Shown here: piece by piece, positions 38,731 to 49,246 of the stretch
How positions within the stretch are numbered: position 1 is the first letter of the stretch
Layout of the letters: the number at the start of each line of letters is the position of its first letter
Assembly: GCA_965208125.1 (NCBI GenBank)
Contig: OZ242320.1
Coordinates: 3,360,001 to 3,424,000, forward strand
Direction of reading: 5' to 3'
From: Candidatus Latescibacterota bacterium
GTDB lineage: Bacteria > Latescibacterota > UBA2968
DNA length: 64,000 bases
The notes under the pieces: generated by a model
The model's database searches: none
The model's input: only the letters and a program-made list of their open reading frames with translations
Told to the model about the DNA's origin: nothing
Translations under genes and position numbers: made by a program

Positions 38731-39771
38731 TCACTCTCCAAACCACCGCTTAAATATTTCTGTGTAATTGTCTTTTGCTACGCCTTTTTCCGTTATGATC
38801 GCCGTGACGAGGTGGTTGGGGGTCACGTCAAAGGCGGGATTGTACACCTGGATGCCACTGGGCGCGGTTTTCCGGCCCATGCCGTGTGTGATTTCTTCTG
38901 TTTCGCGCTCTTCTATGGGAATTTGCGCGCCAGTATCGCGTTTCATGTCAATGGTAGATAAGGGTGCGGCTACGTAAAAAGGCACCTGATGCGCTTTGGC
39001 CAAAATGGCCAGTCCATAGGTACCGATTTTGTTGGCGACGTCTCCGTTTTTGGCAATGCGATCTGCTCCGACAACGATGCTGTCGATGTTTTTTTCGCGC
39101 AGCACTGCAGCGGCCATGCTATCGCATATTACGGTGACATCTACACCGCTTTCATTCAGTTCCCAGGCCGTGAGGCGCGATCCCTGTAAGAGTGGGCGGG
39201 TTTCGTCGGCATAGACCGCGACTTGTTTGCCCGCTTCAACCGCGGCGTAAACCACTGCGAGGGCCGTGCCGTAGTCGGCCGTAGCCAGGCCGCCTGCATT
39301 ACAGTGGGTCAATACAGTCGCTTGCGAAGATAGCAATTCGGCACCATTGCGGCCAATTTGGCGACATATTCGTTTGTCGTCTTCAAAAATTTCATGGGCT
39401 TTTTTGAGCAGGCGATCGCGTTTTTCAGCGGGTGAATGGCCGGCTGCTTTGGCGAGGACCTTTTTTTGGCGGTCGAGTGCCCAAAAGAGGTTGACGGCTG
39501 TGGGGCGCGTTTGCGCCAATTTTTGAATACTTTCTGCGACATACTGGTCAAAGTCGGCATTTCGTCGCGCTATGGCTTCTTGCGCTGCAATCACGACGCC
39601 ATAAGCAGCCGCTACGCCAATGGCTGGCGCACCGCGCACCCTCAAGCTGACAATGGCTTCTGCCACCGTGTTGACATCGCGGCAAGAGATGAATGTGTAC
39701 TCTTCGGGCAATAGGGTCTGGTCGATGAGGCGCAGGGCATCATTTTCCCAGGTGATGGTTGGAACGGGCAT
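38731..39771 (-). CDS. mtnA: S-methyl-5-thioribose-1-phosphate isomerase
   Basis: VRGAPAIG, RPTAVNL, THCNAG, ETRP and NPAFDVTP motifs. Confidence 0.95.
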   Translation of the reverse strand: MPVPTITWENDALRLIDQTLLPEEYTFISCRDVNTVAEAIVSLRVRGAPAIGVAAAYGVVIAAQEAIARRNADFDQYVAESIQKLAQTRPTAVNLFWALDRQKKVLAKAAGHSPAEKRDRLLKKAHEIFEDDKRICRQIGRNGAELLSSQATVLTHCNAGGLATADYGTALAVVYAAVEAGKQVAVYADETRPLLQGSRLTAWELNESGVDVTVICDSMAAAVLREKNIDSIVVGADRIAKNGDVANKIGTYGLAILAKAHQVPFYVAAPLSTIDMKRDTGAQIPIEERETEEITHGMGRKTAPSGIQVYNPAFDVTPNHLVTAIITEKGVAKDNYTEIFKRWFGE

Positions 39772-39786
39772 TGGCCATCTCTTGTG

Positions 39787-40173
39787 TCACTGGTCGTGGT
39801 GGATTAAGTTGTCCATCAATACGTCGTCTTCAATGCGTTCTATCGGCGCGTCGCGCCACAGGCGTTCCAGACCGTAAAATTGGCGCGATTCTTGTTGAAA
39901 AATATGTACGACAATGTCGAAAAAGTCGATCAGTACCCATTTTCGCACATCATACCCTTCGACCTGATAAGGGGGCTGCCCTTCTGATTTGAGACCCTCG
40001 ATTACCGCATCGGCTAAGGCGCGAACATGTACATCGGATGTTCCCGTACATATAATAAAATAATCGGCAAAGTCGGCTGTTTGACGCAGATCAATGGCAA
40101 TGAGGTCTTCGGCTTTGCGCGATAGCAACTGTTCAATACAGGTACTGCGAACGTTTTCGGTGGTATCTGACAA
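39787..40173 (-). CDS. rsfS: Ribosome silencing factor
   Basis: KAEDL..IDL, DYFIICTG, WVLID and FYGLERLW; TTG start assumed. Confidence 0.92.
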   Translation of the reverse strand: MSDTTENVRSTCIEQLLSRKAEDLIAIDLRQTADFADYFIICTGTSDVHVRALADAVIEGLKSEGQPPYQVEGYDVRKWVLIDFFDIVVHIFQQESRQFYGLERLWRDAPIERIEDDVLMDNLIHHDQ

Positions 40174-40189
40174 AGTAGGCTCTTTCTCC

Positions 40190-40606
40190 TCATTTAAATA
40201 TTTCCAGTCCTCGATAATCGCGTCCAATGATGACGGTGACTTCCTCGATGCGAAAGGGGTCGGGTGTCTTTTGCTGAATCACATTGGGCGTACCGAGCAC
40301 ATTGGCGACTTGCTGAGCATATTCTATTTTGCCCAGGCGATCTATGACAATGGTTTCGGGAAAGTTGAAATTTTCAGCATTACCCAGGGTCATGACATCT
40401 ATACCATAATCGCGCAGTTTTTGCCCGACCTCGTTGGCTATGCCGCCTGTGCCACAGCCATTGAGAATTTCAACGCGAATATTCTGAGAGACCTGGGGAG
40501 CTTCGGGCACGACATCAGGTGCCCTTTGCGGTTCCCAAAAGGCTTTTGTAGCAAAGACCAGACCGGCGATGATCAGGGTGCCGAGAATCCATAACCAGCG
40601 TTTCAT
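40190..40606 (-). CDS. LytR C-terminal domain protein
   Basis: VEILNGCG..GIA and VTVIIGRDY motifs. Confidence 0.85.
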   Translation of the reverse strand: MKRWLWILGTLIIAGLVFATKAFWEPQRAPDVVPEAPQVSQNIRVEILNGCGTGGIANEVGQKLRDYGIDVMTLGNAENFNFPETIVIDRLGKIEYAQQVANVLGTPNVIQQKTPDPFRIEEVTVIIGRDYRGLEIFK

Positions 40607-40624
40607 ATTGATAAATATAAGGAT

Positions 40625-40659
40625 AAAAAAAAAAGACGCCAGCCTTACGTGCTGGCGCC
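40625..40659 (-). terminator. Intrinsic terminator
   Basis: GGCGCCAGC-loop-GCTGGCGTC followed by T10 on the minus strand. Confidence 0.75.
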
Positions 40660-40681
40660 CCTATCTGTTCAGGTCAGTCCT

Positions 40682-41149
40682 TTAATAACGTCTGTACCTG
40701 TCGTTGTAATAGTAGGGATAGCCATAGCCATTGAAGGTGCTGAATCCAAATTCGATGCGAATATTGGGTTTGGGCTGATACAAAAGACTGACGTTGGGAA
40801 CGACGACTTGAACGCCGCCCGATGAAGTCGATCCGTAGCGCGTATTGCTCGACATTTGATTGACCAGGCCAACTTGCGCTCTGACGATGAGCGGTTTGGA
40901 TATCTGGTAGGTGATGTCGTTGAGATAATACTGGTTCAAGCCACCGCCGTATCCCGAACTGTAACTGATTCCAATGGTGTGGTTAAATTTGAGTTTTTTC
41001 AGGTCGAACAAACCGCTGGTGGTTTTTAACCCATTTACAAGGTTTTCACCTGCGAGCGGGATTTTGTTTTGCGGCTGAATGCCAATGTCTGCCCGTGCCT
41101 GTGTCGCAATCAAGGCTATAACAGCAAGTGTACAAATCCATTTGTGCAT
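40682..41149 (-). CDS. Secreted hypothetical protein
   Basis: Signal peptide; G/Y/N-rich beta-like sequence; has its own RBS, promoter and terminator. Confidence 0.75.
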   Translation of the reverse strand: MHKWICTLAVIALIATQARADIGIQPQNKIPLAGENLVNGLKTTSGLFDLKKLKFNHTIGISYSSGYGGGLNQYYLNDITYQISKPLIVRAQVGLVNQMSSNTRYGSTSSGGVQVVVPNVSLLYQPKPNIRIEFGFSTFNGYGYPYYYNDRYRRY

Positions 41150-41175
41150 GTGTAGCCCCCTTTTCTCTATAATAC

Positions 41176-41204
41176 AGAATACGGAAACTGAGGTGCGATG
41201 TCAA
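41176..41204 (-). promoter_or_regulatory. Sigma70 promoter
   Basis: TTGACA-N17-TATTCT. Confidence 0.6.
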
Positions 41205-41279
41205 GTGTTCTGTTTTCTTAGACACCTGAGCATATCTGTGTGTTCCACAATAGAAATTGCGCTTGAAAGAGGACTATTT

Positions 41280-42401
41280 TTACGCGTTTTCCATCAATTT
41301 TGCAAACTCATCGAAAAGATAATCGGCATCGTGCGGGCCAGCGGAGGCTTCGGGGTGGTATTGGACGGAGAAGGCGGGCAATTCGCGGTGGCGCAAGCCC
41401 TCAAGGGTGTTGTCGTTGAGGTTGATGTGGGTGAGCACTACGACTTCCTGGTCGAGGGTGTTGAGATCGACGCAGAAACCGTGATTTTGTGCGGTGATTT
41501 CGACTTTGCCTGTGCCGGCGTGCTGCACGGGCTGGTTGGCACCCCGGTGACCAAATTTGAGTTTGTACGTTTTTCCACCCAGTGCCAGGCCGAGGAGCTG
41601 ATGGCCCAGACATATTCCAAAGGTGGGGCGTTCGCGGATCAATTTGCGGATGTTTTCGACCGCATACGTCACGGGTTCTGGATCGCCCGGGCCGTTGGAT
41701 AAAAAGATGCCGTCGGGATCGATTTCGAGGAGTTGCTCTGCAGGTGTGTCGGCGGGGAAAACAGTTACATCACAGCCGCGGTCAACGAGGTAGCGCAAGA
41801 TGTTGTGTTTGATGCCAAAGTCGTAAGCCGCCACGCGGTATTTGACGTTTTGTCGCAGGTGCCTGGATCGACCGGTTTTGAGATCGCAAAGGCCCTCGGT
41901 CCAGTGGTAGGGTTCTGTGCAGGTGACGTTTTGCACGAGGTCGCGGCCTATTAGGCCGGGGAAGGCGCGCGCTTTTTGAACGAGGCTGTCGGAATCGAGA
42001 TCGATGGTTGATAACACGCCTTTCATCGCGCCTTGCTGGCGAATGTGCCGCACGAGGGCGCGGGTGTCAATGCCCTCAATGCCGGGTATGTTGTGTTCTT
42101 TTAGAAAGTCGCCGAGGGCAATGGTCGATCGCCAATTGCTGGGATATGGACAGTATTCTTTGACCACAAAGCCAGAGACCTGGGGTTTTTGCGATTCGAA
42201 GTCGGATGGGTTGATGCCATAGTTGCCAATGAGTGGATAGGTCATGGTTACGATCTGGCTGTTATAAGACGGGTCTGTGAGGATTTCCTGATATCCCGTC
42301 ATGCTGGTGTTGAAGACAACTTCCCCTTCGCATTCGACTTCTGCGCCAAAGGATTTGCCTTTGAAAATGGTGCCGTCTTCCAATGCGAGAATCGCTTCCA
42401 T
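41280..42401 (-). CDS. carA: Carbamoyl-phosphate synthase small subunit
   Basis: [28 protein letters not shown] and QYHPEA motifs. Confidence 0.97.
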   Translation of the reverse strand: MEAILALEDGTIFKGKSFGAEVECEGEVVFNTSMTGYQEILTDPSYNSQIVTMTYPLIGNYGINPSDFESQKPQVSGFVVKEYCPYPSNWRSTIALGDFLKEHNIPGIEGIDTRALVRHIRQQGAMKGVLSTIDLDSDSLVQKARAFPGLIGRDLVQNVTCTEPYHWTEGLCDLKTGRSRHLRQNVKYRVAAYDFGIKHNILRYLVDRGCDVTVFPADTPAEQLLEIDPDGIFLSNGPGDPEPVTYAVENIRKLIRERPTFGICLGHQLLGLALGGKTYKLKFGHRGANQPVQHAGTGKVEITAQNHGFCVDLNTLDQEVVVLTHINLNDNTLEGLRHRELPAFSVQYHPEASAGPHDADYLFDEFAKLMENA

Positions 42402-42414
42402 GAATGTTGTTCCC

Positions 42415-43686
42415 TTACTGTTTGTACGTTATCCGACCACCTAATATCGTCATTGTGGCCCGGCCTTGTAATGTCCATCCGTGAAAGGGCGTGTTGCGAG
42501 ATTTGGATTTGAACCGATTGGCATCTACAACCCATTCGAGATTGGGGTCGATGACTGTAATATCGGCAGGTTTGCCGAGGGAGAGGCTACCGCCTTCAAT
42601 GCCGAGGATGCGCGCGGGTTCTATGGTGAGTTTGGCTATTGTATCTGAGAGGAGAAGCAAGTTGGTGTGGACGAGTTTGGTGAAGATGACGCCGACAGCG
42701 GTTTCGAGGCCGAGTATGCCATTGGGTGCGCTGGTAAATGCACCCAATTTTTCTTTTGTCGTATGTGGCGCGTGGTCTGTGGCGAGTGCGTCAATGGTGT
42801 CGTCCTGTAAGCCCGCGATTACGGCTTCCCGGTCTTCACTGGAACGCAGTGGTGGACTCATTTTACCAGCCGTGCCGAGAATGCGTACGTCTTCATCGGT
42901 CAATGCGATGTGATGGGGCGAGGCTTCGCAGGTGACGGGCAGGCCCTCTGCTTTGGCGCTGCGCACGAGTTCGGCGGCGCGTTTGACGCTGAGGTGCAGG
43001 ATGTGGAGGCGCCCCCGGGTTTGGCGCACGAGTTCGATGTCGCGCGCGTTCATGGCGGCTTCGCCTTCTGCTGGCATACCCTTCAGGCCGAGTTCTCGGG
43101 AGACTGCGCCTTCGTGCATGTGTCCGCCGCGCGTGAGTTCAAAGACTTCGGAGTGGGGATAAACTGCAAAATCGCTGGCGGCGGCGCGCTCCAAAAGTTG
43201 GCGCATTAGAGTTTCGGATTCTATGGGGAGGCCGTCGTCGGAAAATCCAACAGCACCTGCTTTGAGCAGGGCATCGGTGTCGGTGAGTTTTTCGCCCTGC
43301 ATTTTTTCGGTTGCACAGGCGATGGGATACACGCGGGCATCTGCCGATTTTGCCTGTTGGGCGATGTATTGGACAATTTCCGGGCTGTCCATCGGCGGTT
43401 CTGTATTGGGCAAACAGGCCACAGATGTGAAGCCTCCGGCGGCAGCGGCTTCACATCCGGTTTTGATGGTTTCTTTTTCTGGAAAACCCGGATCGCGCAG
43501 GTGTACGTGCATATCGATGAGGCCGGGTGCGACGATCTGGCCTGAGACATCAATGGCTTTGGCACTTGCGGCGATATGCGGTTCAATACGCGCGATGTGA
43601 CCGCGCTGGATGAGCAGATCGGCTATCTCATCACGATTGTTAGCCGGGTCGAGGATGCGACCGTTTTTGAGCAGGAGATCGGACAT
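42415..43686 (-). CDS. pyrC: Dihydroorotase
   Basis: [10 protein letters not shown] and ATDHAPH motifs. Confidence 0.93.
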   Translation of the reverse strand: MSDLLLKNGRILDPANNRDEIADLLIQRGHIARIEPHIAASAKAIDVSGQIVAPGLIDMHVHLRDPGFPEKETIKTGCEAAAAGGFTSVACLPNTEPPMDSPEIVQYIAQQAKSADARVYPIACATEKMQGEKLTDTDALLKAGAVGFSDDGLPIESETLMRQLLERAAASDFAVYPHSEVFELTRGGHMHEGAVSRELGLKGMPAEGEAAMNARDIELVRQTRGRLHILHLSVKRAAELVRSAKAEGLPVTCEASPHHIALTDEDVRILGTAGKMSPPLRSSEDREAVIAGLQDDTIDALATDHAPHTTKEKLGAFTSAPNGILGLETAVGVIFTKLVHTNLLLLSDTIAKLTIEPARILGIEGGSLSLGKPADITVIDPNLEWVVDANRFKSKSRNTPFHGWTLQGRATMTILGGRITYKQ

Positions 43687-43710
43687 TAGAAAGGTTGTAG
43701 ATATCCTCTC

Positions 43711-45012
43711 TCAATCTGCGAAAACGGATTCGGGTACGCGGTCGCGGTAGGCTTCGATGGGCGGTAGATTGCCGTCGGCTTCGGTTTCGAGGGGGCGCAG
43801 TCCAGTGAGGATTTCGAGGTCGTCGCGGATGTCCGCCTGTGCCAGATAGGCTTCAGAGGCTTCGACTTCACCCAGGTCGAGCGTGTTGGGAATCCAGAGT
43901 ACGCGGGCGTCTTCCGGCGCGATAAGGCCAATGGATTCGAGGGCGATGTCGAGGACATCGGCGTCTGTGTCGCAGTGTAGTGGGACCGCCCCTGCTGAAA
44001 CGTGTTGTCCGGTGATGACGTTGGTATAGGTGGCGTGATAGTCGATTTTATCGACGAGGCGCCGGGTGGCAAATTCGGCCATGCCGATGCCGGTGGCGTT
44101 GCCGTGCGTGGCTTCGGTGAGGTCGCGCACAAAGATGCGCAAGACGCGCGGGGTTTCGTCGCCCATTGCGCGTCGGTCATTGCGTTTGCGTCCGATGACG
44201 TTGGTGTCCATGCCAGAGCCGGAGATGTTTTTGCCCATTTCGTCTATGATGAGGAGATCGACATCATCAAAGGGCAGTGAGGGACACCACTCTTTGGATT
44301 TTGCCTGAAGTACTTTTTCGCGTTCTTCAAAATCTGCCGCGGGAATGGCTTCGATGAGCGCGGTTTCGTCATAGCCGTTTTCAAGGGTGGCTACGCCAAA
44401 GGTGATGGGCATTTCCTCGCGTACGACTTTGCCGACTAAGCGCACGATTTTGTCAAAGGAATGGTGGATGATGGCGCGGTGATACACCGAGGCACCTTTG
44501 TGTTTGCCCAGGCCAATGAGCATCATTTTCATCAGTCCGCTTTCAATTTCACCGGCAAATCCCGTATGTGGTTTGACGCGGTTGACCACAATGACGTGAT
44601 CGGCTTCGGATGCGTGTTTGTCAAAGTAGATGGGCATGCCAAAATCCGATACGCCGATCTGGACGACGTCCATCGACGATTTGATCGGACAGCCCATTGT
44701 GCCTTCGGTGATGCCGTATCCAGCCAGGACCTGGGTCTGTCCCTCGGCTGTGCCGCCGCCGTGCGATCCCATTGCGGGTACGATGTAGGGAACAGCGCCA
44801 ATGGCTTTCATTTCTTCGACGATAGTCTTGATGATGGTGTCGATGTTGGCGACGCCGCGGCTGCCTGCGGTTATGGCGACGGTTTGACCGGGTTTGATCA
44901 CAGAACTGGGATTGATTCTGGCGATTTCATCGCGCACAGTACCGGCGATGTCATCGACGCGAGGGGCGTCGAAGTGCTGGCGAATGCGGAACATTTGTGG
45001 GTAAGTCGGCAT
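43711..45012 (-). CDS. LarA-N/DUF362-like protein (lactate-racemase domain family)
   Basis: GSRG, PAMGSHGG, NRVKPHT, GLGK and GKNISGSGMD motifs. Confidence 0.7.
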   Translation of the reverse strand: MPTYPQMFRIRQHFDAPRVDDIAGTVRDEIARINPSSVIKPGQTVAITAGSRGVANIDTIIKTIVEEMKAIGAVPYIVPAMGSHGGGTAEGQTQVLAGYGITEGTMGCPIKSSMDVVQIGVSDFGMPIYFDKHASEADHVIVVNRVKPHTGFAGEIESGLMKMMLIGLGKHKGASVYHRAIIHHSFDKIVRLVGKVVREEMPITFGVATLENGYDETALIEAIPAADFEEREKVLQAKSKEWCPSLPFDDVDLLIIDEMGKNISGSGMDTNVIGRKRNDRRAMGDETPRVLRIFVRDLTEATHGNATGIGMAEFATRRLVDKIDYHATYTNVITGQHVSAGAVPLHCDTDADVLDIALESIGLIAPEDARVLWIPNTLDLGEVEASEAYLAQADIRDDLEILTGLRPLETEADGNLPPIEAYRDRVPESVFAD

Positions 45013-45039
45013 GGTTTATCCTCCTGTTGTGATTTGCTA

Positions 45040-46200
45040 TCACATGGATTCTTCGTAAAGGGCGATTACGTCTTTTATCGTTGTTTTGCGCGGGTTGACC
45101 TGGATATTGCCGCTTTTCATCGCGTCTTCGGCCATGACATGGATGCCTTCGGCTTTTGCACCGGCTTCGCCCAATGTGGCGGGAATACCCACGTCGTCGG
45201 ATAGATTTTGCACGGCTTCAACCGCGAGAACAGATGCGTCAACAGCGCCCAATCCATCGACATCTTCGCCCATGGCGGCGGCGATGTCAGCGAATTTCTC
45301 CGGACAGGCGCAGCGATTGTAGTCCATGATGCGGGTGAGCAAGATCGAGTTGGCAATGCCGTGTGGTACGCCGTAGTGACCGCCAACCGGATGCGACATG
45401 GCATGTACGTTTCCCAAACGCGTTTGTGAGAATGCGAACCCGGCCATGGTGCTGCCGATGATCATGTTTTGCGTGGCCTCGTGGTTGTGGTCGCTGTACG
45501 CGGCTTGTCGCAAATTTTGCGAGATGAGGCGAATGGCGTGCAGGGCCATGCCTTCGGAGATGGGGTTGGACATTAGCGACACATAGGATTCAATGGCGTG
45601 TGTCAATGCATCCATTCCGGTTGCTGCGGCAATGGGCAGCGGCAATGCGACGGCCATATCGGCATCGAGAATACCCACATCGGGAATGACATGGGGACCT
45701 GCGACGGTGCCTTTGAAGAGGTTGTCGTCGGTAATGACGGCAAAGGGCGTGACTTCGCTGGCTGTGCCATAGGTGGTGGGGACGCACAGGAGAAAGGGGA
45801 TGGGACCGGGAACGGGTTTTTCGCCGATAAAATAATCGGTAATTTTCCCCCCGTGATTGACGAGTACGCCCGAGGTTTTTGCCACGTCCATCGAGGATCC
45901 CCCGCCAATGGCGAGCAGGAAGTCACAATTTTCCGACTGGTATTGCGCGGCACAATCCTCGACGTTGCGAATGGGGGGGTTGGGTTCAACGCCGTCGTAG
46001 ATGCTGTAGGAGATGTGTGCCTTGTCGAGTATTTCTGTAACGCGCGCGACAACGCCAGCCTGAACGAGGCCCCTGTCGGTGACGATTTGTGCCTTTTTCA
46101 CTTGCTGTTCGTTCAAAATTTGGGGGATGTCGCCAATAGTCCCTCGCCCCATGATGAGGCGCGAGGGACCGTAATAACTAAAGTGATCTTGAAACGCCAC
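45040..46200 (-). CDS. Iron-containing alcohol dehydrogenase
   Basis: GGGSSMD, PTT.GTASE, DALTHAIE and HAMSH..HG motifs. Confidence 0.92.
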   Translation of the reverse strand: MAFQDHFSYYGPSRLIMGRGTIGDIPQILNEQQVKKAQIVTDRGLVQAGVVARVTEILDKAHISYSIYDGVEPNPPIRNVEDCAAQYQSENCDFLLAIGGGSSMDVAKTSGVLVNHGGKITDYFIGEKPVPGPIPFLLCVPTTYGTASEVTPFAVITDDNLFKGTVAGPHVIPDVGILDADMAVALPLPIAAATGMDALTHAIESYVSLMSNPISEGMALHAIRLISQNLRQAAYSDHNHEATQNMIIGSTMAGFAFSQTRLGNVHAMSHPVGGHYGVPHGIANSILLTRIMDYNRCACPEKFADIAAAMGEDVDGLGAVDASVLAVEAVQNLSDDVGIPATLGEAGAKAEGIHVMAEDAMKSGNIQVNPRKTTIKDVIALYEESM

Positions 46201-46304
46201 GAGCAAACTCCTCCGCGATTTTTATTCTTCCGATAGTAGCTAAAAAAAGAAAATGGTTTTTGATGGTGTTGTCAATCAGATAAAAACACACCCGTGGCAT
46301 TGGT

Positions 46305-49232
46305 TTAGAACGACATGCCGACGCGGACATAGTAGCCGACGCCTTCTGGATCGGTGAATCGGTATGCCACGCCGAGGCGGTAGCGGATTGCCGAATAGAG
46401 GACGTAATAGTCGATGATAATCTCGGTGCCAGCCGAGAAGAGTGGGTGCGACTGCGATGTGTCGCGTCCCCAGGTGTTGGCGGCGTCGGCGAAAAATGTC
46501 CAGAAGATGCGGTTGTAGTGTATCGGCCACGCCCGCAGGCCGCGATTCTCTAATGCGAGGGGGGCGCGGTATTCCAGGGATGTGGACCAGGCGTGCGGTC
46601 CCGACCGCGTAGATGTATCGTATCCTCGTGCCGGGAAAGTGATCGGCTCAGCGCCTCCGAGGTCGAAGTAGCCGTTATCACTGCCCGGACCTCGAGATGC
46701 GCCAGCACTCGCGCGCAGTGCCAAGACGGGTGCCGCGAATCGGCGTCCTGGAAACCAGTGTGGCAATCGCACGTAGGTCCTGAAGGTGCCTCTGATATCA
46801 TCTACGGAGCGGTTGTTTGAGGCAGGAGAGAGGTCGTGGCGTCGCCTGACGCGGACGGAGAATGATGTGCCGGTCGCCGGTCCCATCTGAAAGGCGTGTG
46901 AGCGAGCATTGGTGGCGGAGAATCGCACCGATAGTTCGCCCAGAGTGCTGTGCGGATCGTCGAGGCGAAAGCGATCTGTTGTCTGTAAATCGGAGTCCAA
47001 TGTCTCCCGATGCTCTCGCACGAGTCCGCCGGAGACGATGAGTGAAACACCGCTCCGCGCCCTTGGCCGCACCAGCGTCATTGATGCTGAGGCACGGCGT
47101 TGCCGCTCGAGGATGAAGAATGTGTTGTCGGTCTCTTGTTGTATTCTGGTGCCGTCTTCGTCCCAGTCCTGCGATAGCGATAATCCGATCACGGGGTTCC
47201 CCAGTCCGTAGTAGCGGTAAGACAAATTGCCTGCTGCTCTTCCGGAAGAAGAGGATTTAGCTGGCAGGAAGATACGCGCGCCAACATTATATGAATGACG
47301 GCGCACGAGGTCGATCCCGGAAGTGCGAGCGCCTATGGATGTGCCGAGTACTTTAGTGCGGGGTATCGCAGTTTCTCCCTTGCGGTGCGTGGGTACTGCT
47401 ATGGAGTGATTCCATACGGGCATCCAGTAGTAGGGCCGCAGGGTCTCAAGAGGTGAGTAGGCACGCACCGATCCTTCTGTGCGTCCGCGCGATCTGTTGG
47501 CGACCTCGATGTACGTAGAGTCCGCGCGAGGCGCGGGTGGTGCAGCAGTGGGATTGAAGGGGATCCGTTCGATCTCCCAGCCATTGACGTGGTAACCGGA
47601 AAAGTAGAGCCAGCGGTCCGACGGATCGACGCTGGGATACGCAGCTCCCGTGCGGAGATTGGTCAGCATAACGGGGGGCGAAACTTGTCCGTTATCGATT
47701 TTTGCGGCGAGTACGTTTGGGATGCCGCTGCGGTCAGATGCCCAGACCAGCCACTGTCCGTTGGTACTCCAGGAGGGGGCGAAGTCGAGAGCGCGGTCAT
47801 GGGTCACTTCGCGGACGAGATTGCCGTGTGCGTCGAGGAGGACGATGTCGTGGTGCCCCTGAGTCCAGCGGGTCGCCGCAATCCATCGGCCATCGGGTGA
47901 GATTGCCGGGTGTGCCCAGTGGATATCCGGGTCGGGGGAGACCAGCACTTCGATGGCGCCGCTGCCGAGATTGACTCGCGCCAGTCCGCTGGTTCCCCCG
48001 CCTTCGGCGACTGCAACTGCCCAGCCTGCGGGGCTGACTGATGGGGCGGTTAAGCGCGCGCGCGTTGTGATACGTCGTACGGCACTGCCCGGGATCACGC
48101 GGTAGAGATCTCTAAATCTGCGGTGCGGACCAGCAAATTCATATTGCGCGAAGACGATGTCGCCATCGGGGGCGAATGCGAATGTGGTGCCGCTGATCAG
48201 GGTTATGGTCGATTCTCCGCCGCCATCTAATCTGGCCGATACCAGTTTTGGGTCTGACCGCCCGTCTGATCGGATGTAGTACAGTGCTGCGCCATCGGGC
48301 GATACTTTTGGGTGGTATGCATAGCGGGCACCGCGGGTTATCGCCTGGGGCTCGGTGATAGCGCCGAATCTGGCGAGACGGGTGTCCAGTCCCTCTGCTG
48401 CTGTTCGCTGTGTGTCTGCCCACGCTTTCCACTCATTCGTCAAGGTAGTGCCAAAGGCGCTGCGCCCGGCGGCATTGAGGCGGTAGGGTATCCACTGTTT
48501 CTCCACTGCTTCGACGAAGGCTATCATGCGATCGCGCCCGTATTTTTGTATCAGGTGTTCGAAAAAGAGCGATCCATAAGCATAAGCGCGGGTGCCACCC
48601 GGCCATTGGGGCGAGTTGCCACTCGTCTGACCGATGGATTCAAATCGCCCTTCGAGAGCTGCTGTTCGCAGGACCATTTTGTGAAATGTTCCCTGAACGC
48701 GTCCGGTGCCAGTCAGTGCAGATTCGTACCAGGTGGCGATGCCTTCGATGTTCCACAGCGGGGTGGTGATCGCTGGGAACACCGGCACGCGCCCGAACAG
48801 CTTGCGAAAGAAGCTATAACGACCCGGTCGGTCTATGTGGAAGATGTGCGTCAATTCATGTGCGATGAGGTTTTCCAGCCAGTCGTTGAAGTAGGCAAGT
48901 CCGAAAGAGTCGATAGGAGGGCGGGCGTAGATGACGATTCGGTTTGAGGGTAGCGGACTCGCGAAGCCATTCGAGACGTCGATGTGATCGGTTAATACAA
49001 GGTCGATTATTCCGCGCGGCGCGGCGATGAACTGTTCGGATAGCCGGGCATGCGCCCATTCTGCGCGTTCCGCTGCCCTGCGTCCCATGTCTTCGAGATG
49101 TGCGGGAAAAGTGACGCGAAAGTGTTCTGTATCGAGCGTGTGCCAAGATTCGTCCGGCGCAATGCGTTGTGCCGATACCGATGCCGTGCATAAGACGATG
49201 ATGGCGAGTACAATTTTTATTCTTGCACCCAT
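46305..49232 (-). CDS. HExxH domain + PD40/TolB-like propeller + Omp85-like barrel outer-membrane protein
   Basis: Signal peptide, AHELTH, SPDG repeats, SLEYRAP and C-terminal Phe. Confidence 0.7.
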   Translation of the reverse strand: MGARIKIVLAIIVLCTASVSAQRIAPDESWHTLDTEHFRVTFPAHLEDMGRRAAERAEWAHARLSEQFIAAPRGIIDLVLTDHIDVSNGFASPLPSNRIVIYARPPIDSFGLAYFNDWLENLIAHELTHIFHIDRPGRYSFFRKLFGRVPVFPAITTPLWNIEGIATWYESALTGTGRVQGTFHKMVLRTAALEGRFESIGQTSGNSPQWPGGTRAYAYGSLFFEHLIQKYGRDRMIAFVEAVEKQWIPYRLNAAGRSAFGTTLTNEWKAWADTQRTAAEGLDTRLARFGAITEPQAITRGARYAYHPKVSPDGAALYYIRSDGRSDPKLVSARLDGGGESTITLISGTTFAFAPDGDIVFAQYEFAGPHRRFRDLYRVIPGSAVRRITTRARLTAPSVSPAGWAVAVAEGGGTSGLARVNLGSGAIEVLVSPDPDIHWAHPAISPDGRWIAATRWTQGHHDIVLLDAHGNLVREVTHDRALDFAPSWSTNGQWLVWASDRSGIPNVLAAKIDNGQVSPPVMLTNLRTGAAYPSVDPSDRWLYFSGYHVNGWEIERIPFNPTAAPPAPRADSTYIEVANRSRGRTEGSVRAYSPLETLRPYYWMPVWNHSIAVPTHRKGETAIPRTKVLGTSIGARTSGIDLVRRHSYNVGARIFLPAKSSSSGRAAGNLSYRYYGLGNPVIGLSLSQDWDEDGTRIQQETDNTFFILERQRRASASMTLVRPRARSGVSLIVSGGLVREHRETLDSDLQTTDRFRLDDPHSTLGELSVRFSATNARSHAFQMGPATGTSFSVRVRRRHDLSPASNNRSVDDIRGTFRTYVRLPHWFPGRRFAAPVLALRASAGASRGPGSDNGYFDLGGAEPITFPARGYDTSTRSGPHAWSTSLEYRAPLALENRGLRAWPIHYNRIFWTFFADAANTWGRDTSQSHPLFSAGTEIIIDYYVLYSAIRYRLGVAYRFTDPEGVGYYVRVGMSF

Positions 49233-49246
49233 CCTCAATCTCTTAA

